In this document: one piece after another, positions 41,471 to 55,727 of the stretch
Layout of the letters: each line of letters opens with the position of its first letter
Numbering within the stretch: the stretch's first letter is position 1
From: Octopus sinensis
Lineage: Eukaryota
Assembly (NCBI RefSeq): GCF_006345805.1
Contig: NC_043003.1
Coordinates: 112,778,001-112,842,000, forward strand
Length of the DNA stretch: 64,000 nt
Reading direction: 5' to 3'
Position numbers and translations under genes: made by a program
The notes under the pieces: model-generated
The model's database searches: none
The model's input: only the letters and a program-made list of their open reading frames with translations
What the model was told of the DNA's origin: nothing

Positions 41471-41476
<6 letters not shown>
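40514..41476 (+). mobile_element. PLE GIY-YIG module, right arm (ORF 40605-41144)
   Basis: Near-identical reverse complement of 39420-40388 with scattered substitutions. Confidence 0.88.
41346..41431 (+). ncRNA. Type I HHR motif (CCGAAGA core variant)
   Basis: Stem I actttc/gaaagt; CCGAAGA; stem II GAAGA/TTTTC with a 45-nt loop; GAAA; stem III ACA/TGT; GUC site at 41425. Confidence 0.65.
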
Positions 41477-41540
<64 letters not shown>

Positions 41541-41571
41541 TATATTATAGAATATATATATATAATAAATA

Positions 41572-41811
41572 TTAGGGAATAATATCCAAACTTACAGGGA
41601 AAAATCAGATTTAGGATTGAATCCAACTTTATAGTAAAATATTATATTAATATTAAATTAGAGACAAAACACTATTAGGCAAATCATACAATGAAAAACT
41701 TAAGCCAATACATAAGATTATTTAAATAATATAAATTAAATAATCTTATGTATTGGCTTAAGTTTTTCATTGTATGTTTTGCCTAATAGTGGTTTTGTCT
41801 TTAATTTAATA
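41572..41811. repeat. AT-rich repeat with a fold-back of about 74 bp (41651-41724 / 41737-41811)
   Basis: tagggaataatatccaaacttacagggaaaaat leader; arms are reverse complementary. Confidence 0.8.
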
Positions 41812-42469
41812 TAATATTATATATATATATTATATACATATAAGTCTAATGGATACAAATAAATTTATTAATTAATCAATATATTAACCAACAGTTGTTT
41901 CAGTTCTCAATTAAGGTTGAAATTACAAAACATATATAAAAATATACTTTTGCATTTTAAATACCTTATAAGGAAAATTATCAGGGTTTTCAGAGGACAA
42001 TATGGATTACGTTAGGATACTTTCTGAATATACAGAATATATAAACATTTTTACAAGGCGTGTATGTATATGTGTGTGTGTATGTTAAAATTATTCCTTT
42101 TATTTTAATTCAATAATAGTAACAACCATGAATGATGGGTTAAATAGTATATGGGTAAATTAATATAATGAATAAAAGAAAGTAAGAGAAAAGGAAAATA
42201 AAGTAAAATTTCTTTTCATGGAATGAAATAAAAGTGAAACAAAATTTATGTTCGTACGTGTGTGTGTGCATATATGCCTACGCATTTCTTACTTTCTAGT
42301 AATTTACTAGGTTCGTGTTCATACCGTTTATCAGTATGTTCAAATCATAGCTTTCTACATAACTACCAGTGGATTGCTCTCCATAGGTTGTCATGTCTTT
42401 TCGAGTTTTCTTTCTGTGCCAGCATGCCACATTCATTTACTATATGAGTAACGCTTTTGATTTGCATAA

Positions 42470-44640
42470 CCTACATTGAGAATTTACTTGTTTTTGTCTA
42501 TCTTGGCTGTTATCCAATTAGTCCTTAATGCCTAATCTTGTGTTGCTACCAAGAAACTCTCTGTTTCACTTTTCAGCTTCCCTTTCTGCAACCATAACCA
42601 TGACTCACTACTACTATTTGCTGAAACTATCTTTGGGAATCTACCATGCCACACCTTCTCCTGCCAGCCAAATCATTTCTGTTTTTTTTTTCTAGTTTTA
42701 ACTTCGTTTGGTGTTTTGGTTTCTTCACTATTACCTACATAGGAAGCTATATCTACTCTAGCTAACTCCACACAGTCTTCTACTGATATTAACCCTCTTC
42801 CACCTTCCTTTCTAGGTAGGTATAATTTTGCTACTCCTACCCTTGGGTGGAGTCCTCCATTCATATTGAATTCCTTCCTAGTTCTTCTGTCAAGCTTTGC
42901 TAATTCAGGTTTTGTCCAATCTACAAAAGCTGCCGAGTATCTAAGTAATGATACTGCCCAAATATTTACAGCCCTCACTTCATTCGGGCCATTTAGCTTT
43001 GACTTCATTAGCTTCCTTACCCTTCTGATGTACTCCTTAATTTTCGTTTTCATTTCTATTGTTGGTACTCTGCCAGATTCTTATACTCTTAGATACTTAT
43101 GACGCTATCCTTCTTTTAATGTTTTTAATGTCTGGCCATCTGGTAATTGGATGCCTTCGCTGTTTGCATTATTAACATTGCCCACTTAGCTATACCAAAT
43201 TCCATGTCTGTATCTTTGCTGAAGTGTCTTACAGTATGTATTAAGGAATCTATCTCCGTTTTATTCTTACCAAAAAGTTTCCGATCATCCATGTAGACCA
43301 AATGGTTAATTTCCCCCTTACGCTTCCTGAATCCGTACCATGCCTTTGCCTTCCTGAAGGGGATCAAGCATAAGACAAATATCAAAGGAGATAACGAGTC
43401 TCCTTTGAAAATCCCTCTCTTGATATTAACTTACCCTAAGAGTGTATCACCTGAGAAAAGATCTTCTTACCATTTCTTCATGCTAAAGCTAATTAATTCT
43501 CTTATGTTGTCTGCTGTATTGAATATACTCAAACATTCACTTATCAATGAGTGAGATCATGTCATAGGCTTTCTTATAATTTATCCATGATATTGTTAGA
43601 TTTTCTTTTTAGCTTTTACTCCATTTGAAACTGCATTGTCTATGTATAATAGATCATGCGTTCCTCCAGGCTTCTTCCTGCAACCTTTCTGTTTTTCTGG
43701 TAGTAAATTCTGGTTGTGAAGGTATTCATAAATGCATTCTGAAAGCATTCCTGTCAAGAGCTTCCACGTTAATGGTAAGCAAGTGATTGGTCTATAGTAG
43801 TTAGCTGTATTGCCCTTACTCTTATCCTTCATAATGAATATTGTCCTCCTTCTCGTCATCAAATCTGGTATTATCCCACTATTAAGGCAATCTTGAAGTC
43901 GTTCCCTCAGCCTTCCATGTAAACTACTAAATTTCTTAAACCAGTACTCTTGAACTAAATCTGGTCCTGGGCCCTTCCAATTCGACATTTTCCTAACACT
44001 TTACTCATTTATGCCCTAGTTAATCTTAGATTTGACTGATTCTCCCTCACTAATTCTTCCCTCACTTTCTTTACCCATACTGCACCTCCATTATGTTTGA
44101 CTGACTTATCCCAAATAACTTTGTACACCTTTCTAGCTTCTTCTGCATTAGGTTTCTCATCTTTAGTACTTCGTTCTCCACTATTTATTTGGTAATAAAA
44201 TCTCCTCTGGCCTGTCTCAAATAATCTATTTTGTTGATACTGATTTATTCTTTTCTGATATCTGGAGAGCTTGCCTGCTACTGATTCGCTATTTTCTCGA
44301 GGAAGATTTGCATCGTGCGTTTCCTAACTTATTTGCTTTTTATGCTTCTGTTCTACTCAGATCTTGTCTTAAAGCCTTCACTTTATTTTGTTGTCTCCTT
44401 TTCCACATTTGCTTTTTTTAATCTTTCGCTGTGAGATATCTAATCTTCTGGTGACTACCACCCCTCCTACGCAGATCAATAAGTTAGTGTCTCCTATATT
44501 TTTAGGATCTACCCTACTGATAACAGAATCTACTTACCTAGTCATTTCTAGCAACTTCCTTCTGTTGGTGCCTTTTAATGCTGGCAATCTCTCTCTTACT
44601 TCTTTACCACCACGGTAAATCTCTTACTTAGTTCTTCACC
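42470..44640 (-). mobile_element. Decayed R4/Dong-like LINE, RT region
   Basis: WKGPGPDLVQ, YRPITCLPLTWKLLTG, QKGCRKK, GIF.GDSLSP, HLVYMDD.KLFG, KEYIRRVRKLMKSKLNG, LYLPRKEGGRGLISVED. Confidence 0.92.
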
Positions 44641-45658
44641 ACCACGCTGGAAAAAGCAGTCAAAACTTGACTCTAAAACCACATTAAATGTTTATACAGC
44701 TCTTGGTGCAGTATGAACATTTAATGTGGTTTAGAGTAAAGTTTTGACTGCTATTTCCAGCATGGTGGTATCTCTTAGATACCCTAAATTATAATTTTAT
44801 ATATAATTCATGTACATACCTACATACACATATACATTCTTTTAAATTAAAAGTTAGCAATATAAAACATCTCCGGAAACAAAATAAAGTAACGTAGACC
44901 TGATGGAACAGGATTTTGTATCAGCCCTTTGGCTCAATTCTGATTTTCAAAAACATGTCCTACAGGGTAAAATTTTAAACATCGGCAACTAACATATTTT
45001 GCATTCGAATGTGCAGGAGTGCATTAAGAATACATACGGAAATCATCGTTTCAGATGTCACCGTACACAGCGTAGATAAAGATTTTTATTGCCTACGTTG
45101 TTATCCATATTGTTCGGTAAATGTTGTTTGCGGTTTAATTTTTGATTGATAATTTGTATAAAATATTCTTCTTTTGCTTTCTGTACTTGAGAATTTTTCC
45201 TACCTTAAAAAAGCAAGTATTTTGACATTTCTGTTTCCACAGATAACTAAATAGTCACTACATGTAAAATTCCAATTAAATCCTTCATTTGTTAGGTACT
45301 CCGATCCTTTTAAATCATGTTTTTGTATTGGTACTCATTGCATCGCGAACTTGGAAGCCAATAAATAAGTTTCTTTTTGTTTTTCAATTCCTATTTGCAT
45401 TAACCTTAATTCCTTTATCATTCTTGAATATTTTGATTTTGCCCTCTTCAATCAAATCACTCGTTCCACAACGAAAGTCTTCACATTTCATTACCTGCAT
45501 TACTTCATGTTCCGACGTGAGTTTCATTTTTGTTACAAGGTTTCTTATATGTGAAATTTAACAATAATTGATGAGTGAGATACCACATTAATCATGTAGG
45601 GAATGGAAAAGAAAAACCATTGTTTTCGATTTGCCTTGTGTTTATTACTAAAAGATTG

Positions 45659-46076
45659 GGATCTTTTCGGTTTGAACGGCAGTTTTTTTCTAGCGGTGTC
45701 ATATGAAATTGTCACCCATAATTATGAACCTAGTATCGATCTATTGCATTTCAATCTGGGTTAGGGTTAGGGTTAGGGTGGGGGGAAGGGTATCTTTTTT
45801 TCTTCACAAATGTATATAAATCCAATCTGTTTCTTAAACGATGGACATATTCATACGGCACAGAATGTTTTTTTTACCTCAATAGACGTCAGTGATTGGT
45901 TGAAATTGCAGAAATTAAAGAAAAAAAACAACAAATATCTTACAAACTATAGAATTTTCTCAATAAAGCCAAGAGAAAAAGATGTTTATAAACACATTCT
46001 ACCAGTATAGGAAGTTTAAAATTTTTTAGTTACCTAGAAATTATGTTAAAAACTGCCGTTTAAACCGAAAAGATCC
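45659..46076. mobile_element. MITE copy 3 (internal TTAGGG repeats; TSD not clear)
   Basis: Same TIRs; flanks only partly match. Confidence 0.88.
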
Positions 46077-46084
46077 CATAAGAG

Positions 46085-46760
46085 TGCCCTTACTCCCAAG
46101 ACTGACATGAGTTTTCTTAAGCTTCTCTATTTCGACGGCAAAACCACTGCTGCTATACAGAATGTGATTTGCCGGGAAGCACCTAACATACAGATGGTGC
46201 ATACCGGTCCATCCTTGAGAAAATATTTGTTTAGGAATAATAATACCAATAACATAACATAGTGGGGTGCACGCTATCTAATTGCCTCATCAACGGCTTC
46301 AAAATGTGCTCCAAGGATTTCAAAATGGACTCTGGTATACGAAATAAGCTGCAATAAATACGGGTCACCATACATTAGGAGCACAACCAGGAAACTTCGC
46401 CTAAAATAAAAAAAACACACGCACACAAACACTTCGATAATAAAACACCTGCAAAAGTGCCAAACCCAGGATTCTGATGTAACCACTGAGGCTCTACGAC
46501 GCAGCAGAGGTAATATGAGTATGAAGGAGGCTCTCTTCATCAACATAATGAGACCAGCTATAAAGAGCAGAAAAGAAGTACATGAAGCAGATTGGTTACT
46601 ATAACAGCACTTGTCTGCGCATGTCATTGTCCTTCTTCACATATCAGAGCAACGATCTTTTTCTATTCCCGCTTGTCCTCATGTCCTGAAGAAGAGCTCA
46701 TAAGACCGAAATATAGAAAGTGAAAATCCAGGTTTATGTTTCTTTTCTTCATGTAGTTTA
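46085..46760 (+). mobile_element. Decayed PLE GIY-YIG fragment of a different clade
   Basis: LVYEISCNKYGSPYIRSTTRKL...IIKHLQKC...MKEALFINIMRPAIKSRKE; CTGAAGA...GAAA motif downstream at 46686-46711. Confidence 0.65.
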
Positions 46761-47100
46761 CTTTACTTCTTTTCTCGCTTTGTTCCAGTCATGCCCAACC
46801 AGTCACTTTGATGTAAAATCACTGACAGACAGACACACAAATGTTTGTGTAATTTATATATAAATATATACTTTTCCTTAGTTTTATTCAAACACATAAG
46901 ACAGTTATTATGCTTACTTCCTACAAAAAACCACCACGTGGATTCTGTTGAGACCAGTAAGAAACAATTATGAACTTTTTTATTACACTTAACTTTTTAA
47001 AATATATTTGATAAGGTTCGTTTTTTCAAGAAGAACCGAAACATGTAAAATTTCTAAGAAAATTAAAATTTATCTTATATAGTGGCGTTTTCTTATGAAT

Positions 47101-47144
<44 letters not shown>

Positions 47145-47168
47145 TATAATATATATATATATATTATA

Positions 47169-47199
<31 letters not shown>

Positions 47200-47218
47200 A
47201 TATATATATAATAATATA

Positions 47219-47264
<46 letters not shown>

Positions 47265-47269
47265 ATGTG

Positions 47270-47460
47270 TGTGGAAGCGTGTGACTGAATGGTTAGGTTA
47301 TTGAACATGACCATAAGATTGTAGTTTCAATTCCTGCACCGGTAAATGCCTTGTATTCCTGAACAAAACTCTTCATTTCACGTTATTAGACTTTAGCCAG
47401 CCATCAAAATGTAATAACTTTGCGACGCACCGGCGTCCCACCAAGGGGTAATATATACGC
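47270..47460 (+). mobile_element. Diverged tRNA-derived SINE
   Basis: ggaagcgtgtgactgaatggttagg...gtagtttcaattcctgcaccgg...tgtattcctgaacaaaac. Confidence 0.6.
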
Positions 47461-47957
47461 CATATAATCTGTGAAACTGGTTTTATGGGTTTATGAGTCA
47501 GAAAGGAACGAGGAGAACCATTGAATATTGCTGCATCACTCACGATCCTTCATTCTTTCAATTTCGAAATATGGACCGCATCATACGATGATAATGTTAT
47601 TCTGATAAAGCCTAATGCCCGTCCCTATCTTCACTCACCCCTATACCATCCTTTTCACCTACTCATCCGTTACCCTTCACCTTCACACTTGACTGTTTCC
47701 AAACTTTATACACCTTCCTACTCTTATTGGAAGTTCGTGATGAACTGGTTATGTAAACAAAGACGTTGTTTATTGATTGACCTGTAAGACAGTTGCCATA
47801 TTGATTTTATACGAACCTATACAAACAAAAATATCCCCCCACACATTCTCACACATATACACCAATGCTTCTTGACAAATCTATAAATATATCCACGTAT
47901 ACACACGTATATGTATCCAATATATCCATGTGTGAACGTATATTATATATATATATA

Positions 47958-48000
<43 letters not shown>

Positions 48001-48236
48001 TTCTATCTATCTGTCTGTCAGTATATATATAAATAAATACACACACTCATACATACACACACATGAGTTAACAGGTATGCATGCACACAGGTGCATGCCA
48101 TGTGGCATACATGTATAGATTCAAAAATTCAAGCCGAGATTAAGAAAGAAATAACAGGACGGTTATTGTATGGAATGAAAGAAATGATAAAATATGTAAC
48201 CTCTCCTGTTTTTGCAGTTGTCTCCTCGGTGTAGAG

Positions 48237-48270
<34 letters not shown>

Positions 48271-48798
48271 GAGTGTGTAGGATGAAAATTTATATTTATC
48301 GGTGTCGATATAGCATGTGATTGATTTTAGCAAGAATAAACACACTAACACACGCATCCACTCCCATCCCCCACACACAAGAAACACCTAACAATGTACA
48401 AATACACACTGAGACACAATCGCACATATGCTTATGTGCAAAACAAACTAAGGACGACTGATAATGTCGACGGATGCAAAAATGGGGAGAACGGGGCAAA
48501 ATGAGCAGGGTACATGAGCATACCCATATTTGAACATGCGTGAATGCTAAACTATATGTATATATGTAGGATATGAGATAGAGCAGGGAGGAAGGAGAGA
48601 GGGAGAGGGAGTGCGGGAGAGAGAGAGAGAAAGAGAGAGAGAGAATTTGGGAACACAGAAAGAAAGGAATGTGAAAGGAGCTAAATTGTGTGAATTGGGA
48701 GATCAGGATATAATTAGAACGATAAAAATATAAATTTGGAAAAGAAGAGGGTAAAGAAGATCGTAAAGAGAGAGAAATAGATAGATAGAAAGATAAAC

Positions 48799-48844
<46 letters not shown>

Positions 48845-48845
<1 letters not shown>

Positions 48846-49952
48846 TGTTTCTTTATTAGCCACACAGGGCTGCACACAGATAGAACAAATTACAAGGTAG
48901 AGCTTTTCTTTTGAAGGTTTAAAAAAAAAAAAAAAAAAAAAGGAAGGGGGAGTTTCGATCAAAAGGGATCGAAAAGGAGAGAAAGAGGACAAAAAAAAGG
49001 GGGGGGGGGTTAAAAAAAAAAAAAAAAAAGGGGGAGAGGAAAAAAAAATTGATCAATAGGGATCGTTATCACAGAAATGTCAATATGAAGTGTAAAGGGG
49101 GGGACAGGTGAGGTTTACCGTGGAAAGAAAAGCCTACGGAAAAGACCACGGTAACCTCGGTCAATGAAGTCACATTTTATATTCTTTTTTTTTTTTTTTT
49201 TTTTTTGCAAATAAGCAACTCTCTGTTTTCGATTTCTGGGTTCATAGGACTATGCTCAAGGTGGCTTCGTCATTCATACGTGCCATTCTTGCTACATTCA
49301 CCCATCTTTTTTAAAACATTCGCTAGACAAAACTTGCCTCTCTACTCTCACTTTCCTTTTCAAGTGGTACTTGAAGAAGTTGATGAGAGATTGACCAGAG
49401 AGGAAAGTGTTTGTCTCCAATCCTTTCAGACGCGTCCACCAGATACATTCTTTCGCCATAGCCACAAGGATGATGAAAATAGCTCTTCCTTCCCGTTTGA
49501 AGGAAGGCGGCGTGACAATATTGACGATAGACTCAGCTGATAAACCGACTCGTCCCACACGTGACAGCAGTTGTTCGACATAAGCCCACAGGTCGGAAAT
49601 TGTTGGACACTGAACGAGTGCGTGCAGAACGGTTTCGTCGCTCTGACCGCATCTCGGGCAGGTCGGCCCCGTGTTTCTCGAGCCGTGTCTGTAGAGCTTA
49701 TCCCGAACGGGTAGCGCTTCTCGGTAGCACTGCCAGGCCAGGGATCTCTGGAAGTTGTCCATGGGCCCTGGCCCGAAAGTCGTCCCGAACAGGCGGGTCA
49801 GGTACTCCTCGTCGACGTCCAGGTTCGCCCCGAGCTCGTCGTCGTACCTCCCCTCCACTAAACCCCTATAGAATGCTTTGGTTGTGTTGAAGTCACTTAA
49901 GGTCGACCCAGGACGGCAGAGTTGCTTGAGAGCAACGCGACACTCGCGGTGC
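48845..49952 (-). mobile_element. 5'-truncated Tx1/L1-like LINE (ORF2 C-terminus with zf-RVT, plus 3' UTR) embedded in (GATA)n
   Basis: LAWQCYREALPVRDKL...CPRCGQSDETVLHALVQCP; the 3' end gctaataaagaaacatatctatc and the 5' end both abut GATA arrays. Confidence 0.88.
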
Positions 49953-50005
49953 CAGATAGATAGATATATAGATAGATAGATAGATAGATAGATAAATAGA
50001 TAGAG

Positions 50006-50054
<49 letters not shown>

Positions 50055-50055
50055 A

Positions 50056-50104
<49 letters not shown>

Positions 50105-50113
50105 TAGATAGAT

Positions 50114-50158
<45 letters not shown>

Positions 50159-50191
50159 TATAGATAGATAGATAGATATAGATAGAAAGAT

Positions 50192-50252
<61 letters not shown>

Positions 50253-50269
50253 GGGAGAGAGAGAGAGAA

Positions 50270-50318
<49 letters not shown>

Positions 50319-50321
50319 GAG

Positions 50322-50392
<71 letters not shown>

Positions 50393-50520
50393 AAGATAGA
50401 TAGATAGATAGATAGATATAGATAGAAAGATAAAGATAGATAGATAGATAGATATTTAGATAGATAGATAGAGAGAGAGAGAGGTGAGAAAAAGAGAGAA
50501 GAGAGAGAGAGAGAGACTGA
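49953..50520. repeat. (GATA)n/(GA)n microsatellite
   Basis: Direct reading. Confidence 0.96.
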
Positions 50521-50956
50521 GAGAGTTGGAGAGGAGCTTAGTAAGAGTTAAATGAGAAAGTAAGCGGGTTATTGAATATTGTATGTAAAAAAACCCAGTT
50601 AAAGGATGCAAACGCAGACACGTCTATGTATGTATGTCTCTTCTATTTTCTAATTATTATAAATCTTGCACTGAGGAGGGAACCGGTTTCCAACAAAGGT
50701 ACAAGGCTCCGTCTTTGGGAGGTAGTTCACACAGACAAATTCACATTTGGAACTTGGGAAAAGTTTGCATGTTTTTACATTTCCACACACAGTGATCCCT
50801 ACACTTGTAGTGTAGGGATCATCCGATCGATTTCTCTCCCTGAAAATCCCAGCTTATCCAGATTCTTCTTTTAGCATTTACTGATAAAACCTAGTGTTCC
50901 AATTATTATTGGTATGAATATGATTTCATAGTCTGGATATAGAGGCTGGAGGTTCT

Positions 50957-51920
50957 ATGTATGTATGTATGTATGTATGTATGTATGTACGTATGTATGT
51001 ATGTATGTATGTATGTATGTACGTATGTATGTATGTATGTATGTATGTATGTATGTATGTATGTATGTATGTATGTATGTACGTATGTATGTATGTATGT
51101 ATGTATGTATGTATGTATGTATGTATGTATGTATGTATGTATGTATATGTATGTATGTATGTTTGTAGGTATGTTGTATGTATGCATGTATGTATTATGT
51201 ATGTATGTATGTATGTATGTATGTATGAATTTTATGTATGTATGTATGTATGTATGTATGTATGTATGTTTGTTATGTATGTATGTATGTATTGTATGTA
51301 TGTATATGTATGTATGTTTGTATGTATGTATGTATGCATGCATGTATGTATGTATGTTTGTATGTATGTATGTATGTATGTATGTATGTATATGTATGTA
51401 TGTTTGTATGTATGTATGTATGCATGCATTTATGCATGTATGTATGTATGTATGTATGTATGTGTGTATGTGTAAGTATGTGTGTATGTATGTAAGTATG
51501 TGTGTATATAAGTATGTGTGTGTATGTATGTATGTATGTATGTATGTATGTGTGTATGTATGTATGTATGCATGTAAGTATGTGTGTATGTATGTATGTA
51601 TGTATGTATGTGTGTGTGTATGTATGTATGTATGTATGTGTGTATGTATGTATGTATGTATGTATGTAAGTATGTATGTATGTGTGCATGTATGTATGTA
51701 TGTATGTATGTGTGTATGTAAGTATGTATGTGTGTATGTATGTATGTATGTGTGTATGTGTGTATGTATGTATGTGTGAGTTTATGTGTGTATGTGTGTA
51801 TACGTGTGTATGTATGCATGTATGTATGTTATGCATGTGTCTGTCTATGTGTGCATGTGTGTATATGTGTGTATGTGTGCATGTACGTGTGTGTGTATGT
51901 GTGTATGTGTGGTGTGTGTG
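50957..51920. repeat. (TATG)n/(TG)n microsatellite
   Basis: Direct reading. Confidence 0.96.
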
Positions 51921-52414
51921 TGTGGAGAAAGGGAGAGAGGTGTAGGCTAGCGTGGGACAGACTTAGAAAGACTGTCAGAAGAAAGAAAAAGCAGTGTGGA
52001 GATGAATTGGTGACGTAGACAAAGGTAAGTTTGATGGAAACGAAAGAAAATAGGAAAGAAAATGTCGGTGGTTAGAATAAAGAAGTGAAAACAGTAGCAG
52101 GTGGCATAGCATAAACATCGTTAGTAGCTGTAGCAGCAGTAGTAGTAGTAGTAGCAGCAGCAGCAGCAGCGCGAAATACTGCAGCAGCAGGTCAAAGAGA
52201 GGAAGAGCAGCAGTAGTTGTAGTAGGCGTTCGTTGTGGAAATAATAGTTGCAGCAGCAGCAGCAGCAATGACCGGAATCTCACGAGTTTGAGAAAGAAAC
52301 CTTTCTGTAGTGAAGCTCGACTTCCTAGAAACAGCAGCTATACACCTCCTTTGAAACCACACAGACTTCCGTGCTTCGGTTATAGTCTGTACCATATAGG
52401 AGGTTAAGATGAAC

Positions 52415-53590
<1,176 letters not shown>

Positions 53591-53792
53591 CCTCCTTCTT
53601 TTTCTTTGTTACTAACGTCTCGGAGCTTTCGACTAACGGATCTTCCGACGGTCTTCTGCTAATTTACGCTCATCCTTTCACCTGATTATCTGTTGCAATA
53701 GAGTCGCACGACTTCTTTGACTATGGATATCAGAATATTAGTCAAGGAATCCTGCTCAAAGAGCTGCTTTCCAAGTTTTATGATCTAGTCGG

Positions 53793-54392
53793 TATGTATG
53801 TATGTATGTATGTATGTATGAATGTATGAATGTATGAATGTATGTAAGTATGTATGTATAAATGTATGTATGTATGTATGTATGAATGTATGAATGTATG
53901 TATGTATGTAAGTATGTATGTATAAATGTATGTATGTATGTATGTATGTATGTATGTATGAATGTATGAATGTATGTATGTATGTAAGTATGTATGTATA
54001 AATGTATGTATGTATGTATGTATGTATGTATGTATGAATGTATGTATGTATGTATGTATGTATGTATGTATGTATGTATGTATGTATGCATTATGTATGT
54101 ATGTATGTATGAATGTATGTATGTATGTATGAATGTATGTATGTATGAATGTATGAATGTATGTATGTATGTAAGTATGTATGTATAAATGTATGTATGT
54201 ATGTATGTATGTATGTATGTATGTATGAATGTATGTATGTATGTATGTATGTATGTATGTGTGTATGTATGTATGTATGTATGTATGTATGTATGTATGT
54301 ATGTATGTATGAATGTATGTATGTATGTATGTATGTATGTATGAATGTATGTATGTATGTATGTGCAGATTTGTATTTATATATGTATGAAT
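53793..54392. repeat. (TATG/AATG)n microsatellite
   Basis: Direct reading. Confidence 0.96.
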
Positions 54393-54429
54393 GAACAAAG
54401 TGCCTTGGAAAAGCTTTTAGACTTTTCAG

Positions 54430-55470
54430 GAGAGACATTTATTAGTTCCAAAGAAGTACAAACTAATCCTCTGCTGTACTTGTAAGCGCTTCAGACACTT
54501 TGTGAAGGCCTCTGGAAGTACTGTAAAATGAAGGCGGCCAGGGCCCTTGTCACAGTCGTCTGCATCGTCTCAATGTCTTCGAAACAACTGTCCCTGAAGT
54601 TCTCTTTCAGCTTGGGAAACAGCCAAAAGTTACATGAAGGAAGGTTTCGACTGTAGGGAGGAGGGGTAGTTTTGAAGCCCATTTCCGTCGAGTCGTTGGT
54701 TACCAGAATGGAATTGTGGACTGGTCCATTGTCCTGGTGCAGGTGCCACCGCCTCGAGTGGAAAAGCTCTGGACTTGTTCGACTAAGTCTCTGCTTGAGT
54801 TCCTTCAAACCTCCACAAAAATACTTTTTGTTAACTGTCTAACCATAGAAAATCCAGTAGTTGTAGATTGATGCTCATGGTGTCGAAAAAGGTGATCACC
54901 ATAAGCTTCTCAGTGGACTTAGTAGGGGAGCTGCGATACTTCCATTGGGAACTCTGCCCTTTCATCTCTGGATGATAACATTAGATCCAGCTTTCGTCAC
55001 AGGTCATCCGGGACTCTCCCAGTCGAACAATGATGATGATGATGATGATGCTGTTATCAACGCGTCTTTCCTTTTATTCATCATTGAGAATCCTGAAACA
55101 GACATTGCACAAATTTTGTCCATGATAAGATCTTTATGAATAATTCTGTCTATAGTCGTCACACCAAATCCAAACTGTTTGATTATTGCCTTTATTGACA
55201 CACGACGGTCTTCATCCAGAAAACTGCAAATATTCTCATCATGCTCTGATGTTTAGACGTCCTCTCCATCCCACACTTCTCATCGATTTTCACTTCTTCT
55301 CTACCATCCTTGAACCTCTTATCCCAGTCATAGGCAGGTGCTTGTATCATACAAGCAAATACCAAAGCAGTCTGGAACATTTCATAAGTTTCTGTAGCGT
55401 TTTCCCCCCAGTTTAACAAAACTTTATTGCATAACTAACTTCTAAATTGTCTTGATGCTCCGACTGCATT
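54430..55470 (-). mobile_element. Decayed near-full-length mariner transposase
   Basis: GENATETYEMFQTA...WDKRFKDGREEV, then WHLHQDNGPVHNS...PPPYSRNLPSCNFWLFPKLKE...FEDIE. Confidence 0.88.
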
Positions 55471-55639
55471 CAACCAATAGTGGTGTTACAGCCGTCTTTT
55501 TCAGTTCGTAACATAAAAGCTGGCCGTTCAACTGATTTGATGTATAGTATTGAGAAACTGAAACTCTCAAATCTTCTGGAATGCACCATATATATATATA
55601 TATATACTTTATTTAAAGCAGCAGAAAATTCAACAAAAC

Positions 55640-55677
55640 CTGTTACTCTGAGTTTCCCGTTGCCGTTCATCAGACAG
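55640..55677 (-). ncRNA. Minimal type I hammerhead ribozyme motif (intact CUGAUGA core)
   Basis: ctgt-CTGATGA-a cg gcaa cg g-GAA-actc a gagt-A-acag. Confidence 0.65.
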
Positions 55678-55689
55678 TTTTTGCAAAAA

Positions 55690-55727
55690 CTGTCCGATGA
55701 ACGGCAACGGGAAACTCAGAGTAACAG
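55690..55727 (+). ncRNA. Minimal type I HHR motif (CCGAUGA variant)
   Basis: Mirror of 55640-55677 with a U4C change. Confidence 0.6.

Noticed and set aside
45290-45560. Minus-strand open stretch (RNLVTKMKLTSEHEVMQ…) with a CAG|GTAATG donor
   Set aside because: Phase 2 to 0 is incompatible with the candidate gene; no family recognised; possibly a TE remnant.
50793-50821. 13-bp perfect hairpin tgatccctacact-tgt-agtgtagggatca
   Set aside because: Too short to assign; no U-tract or other context.
53605-53660. Minus-strand CGGAAGA…GTCGAAAGCTC HHR-like string
   Set aside because: Core is mutated and stem I does not pair.
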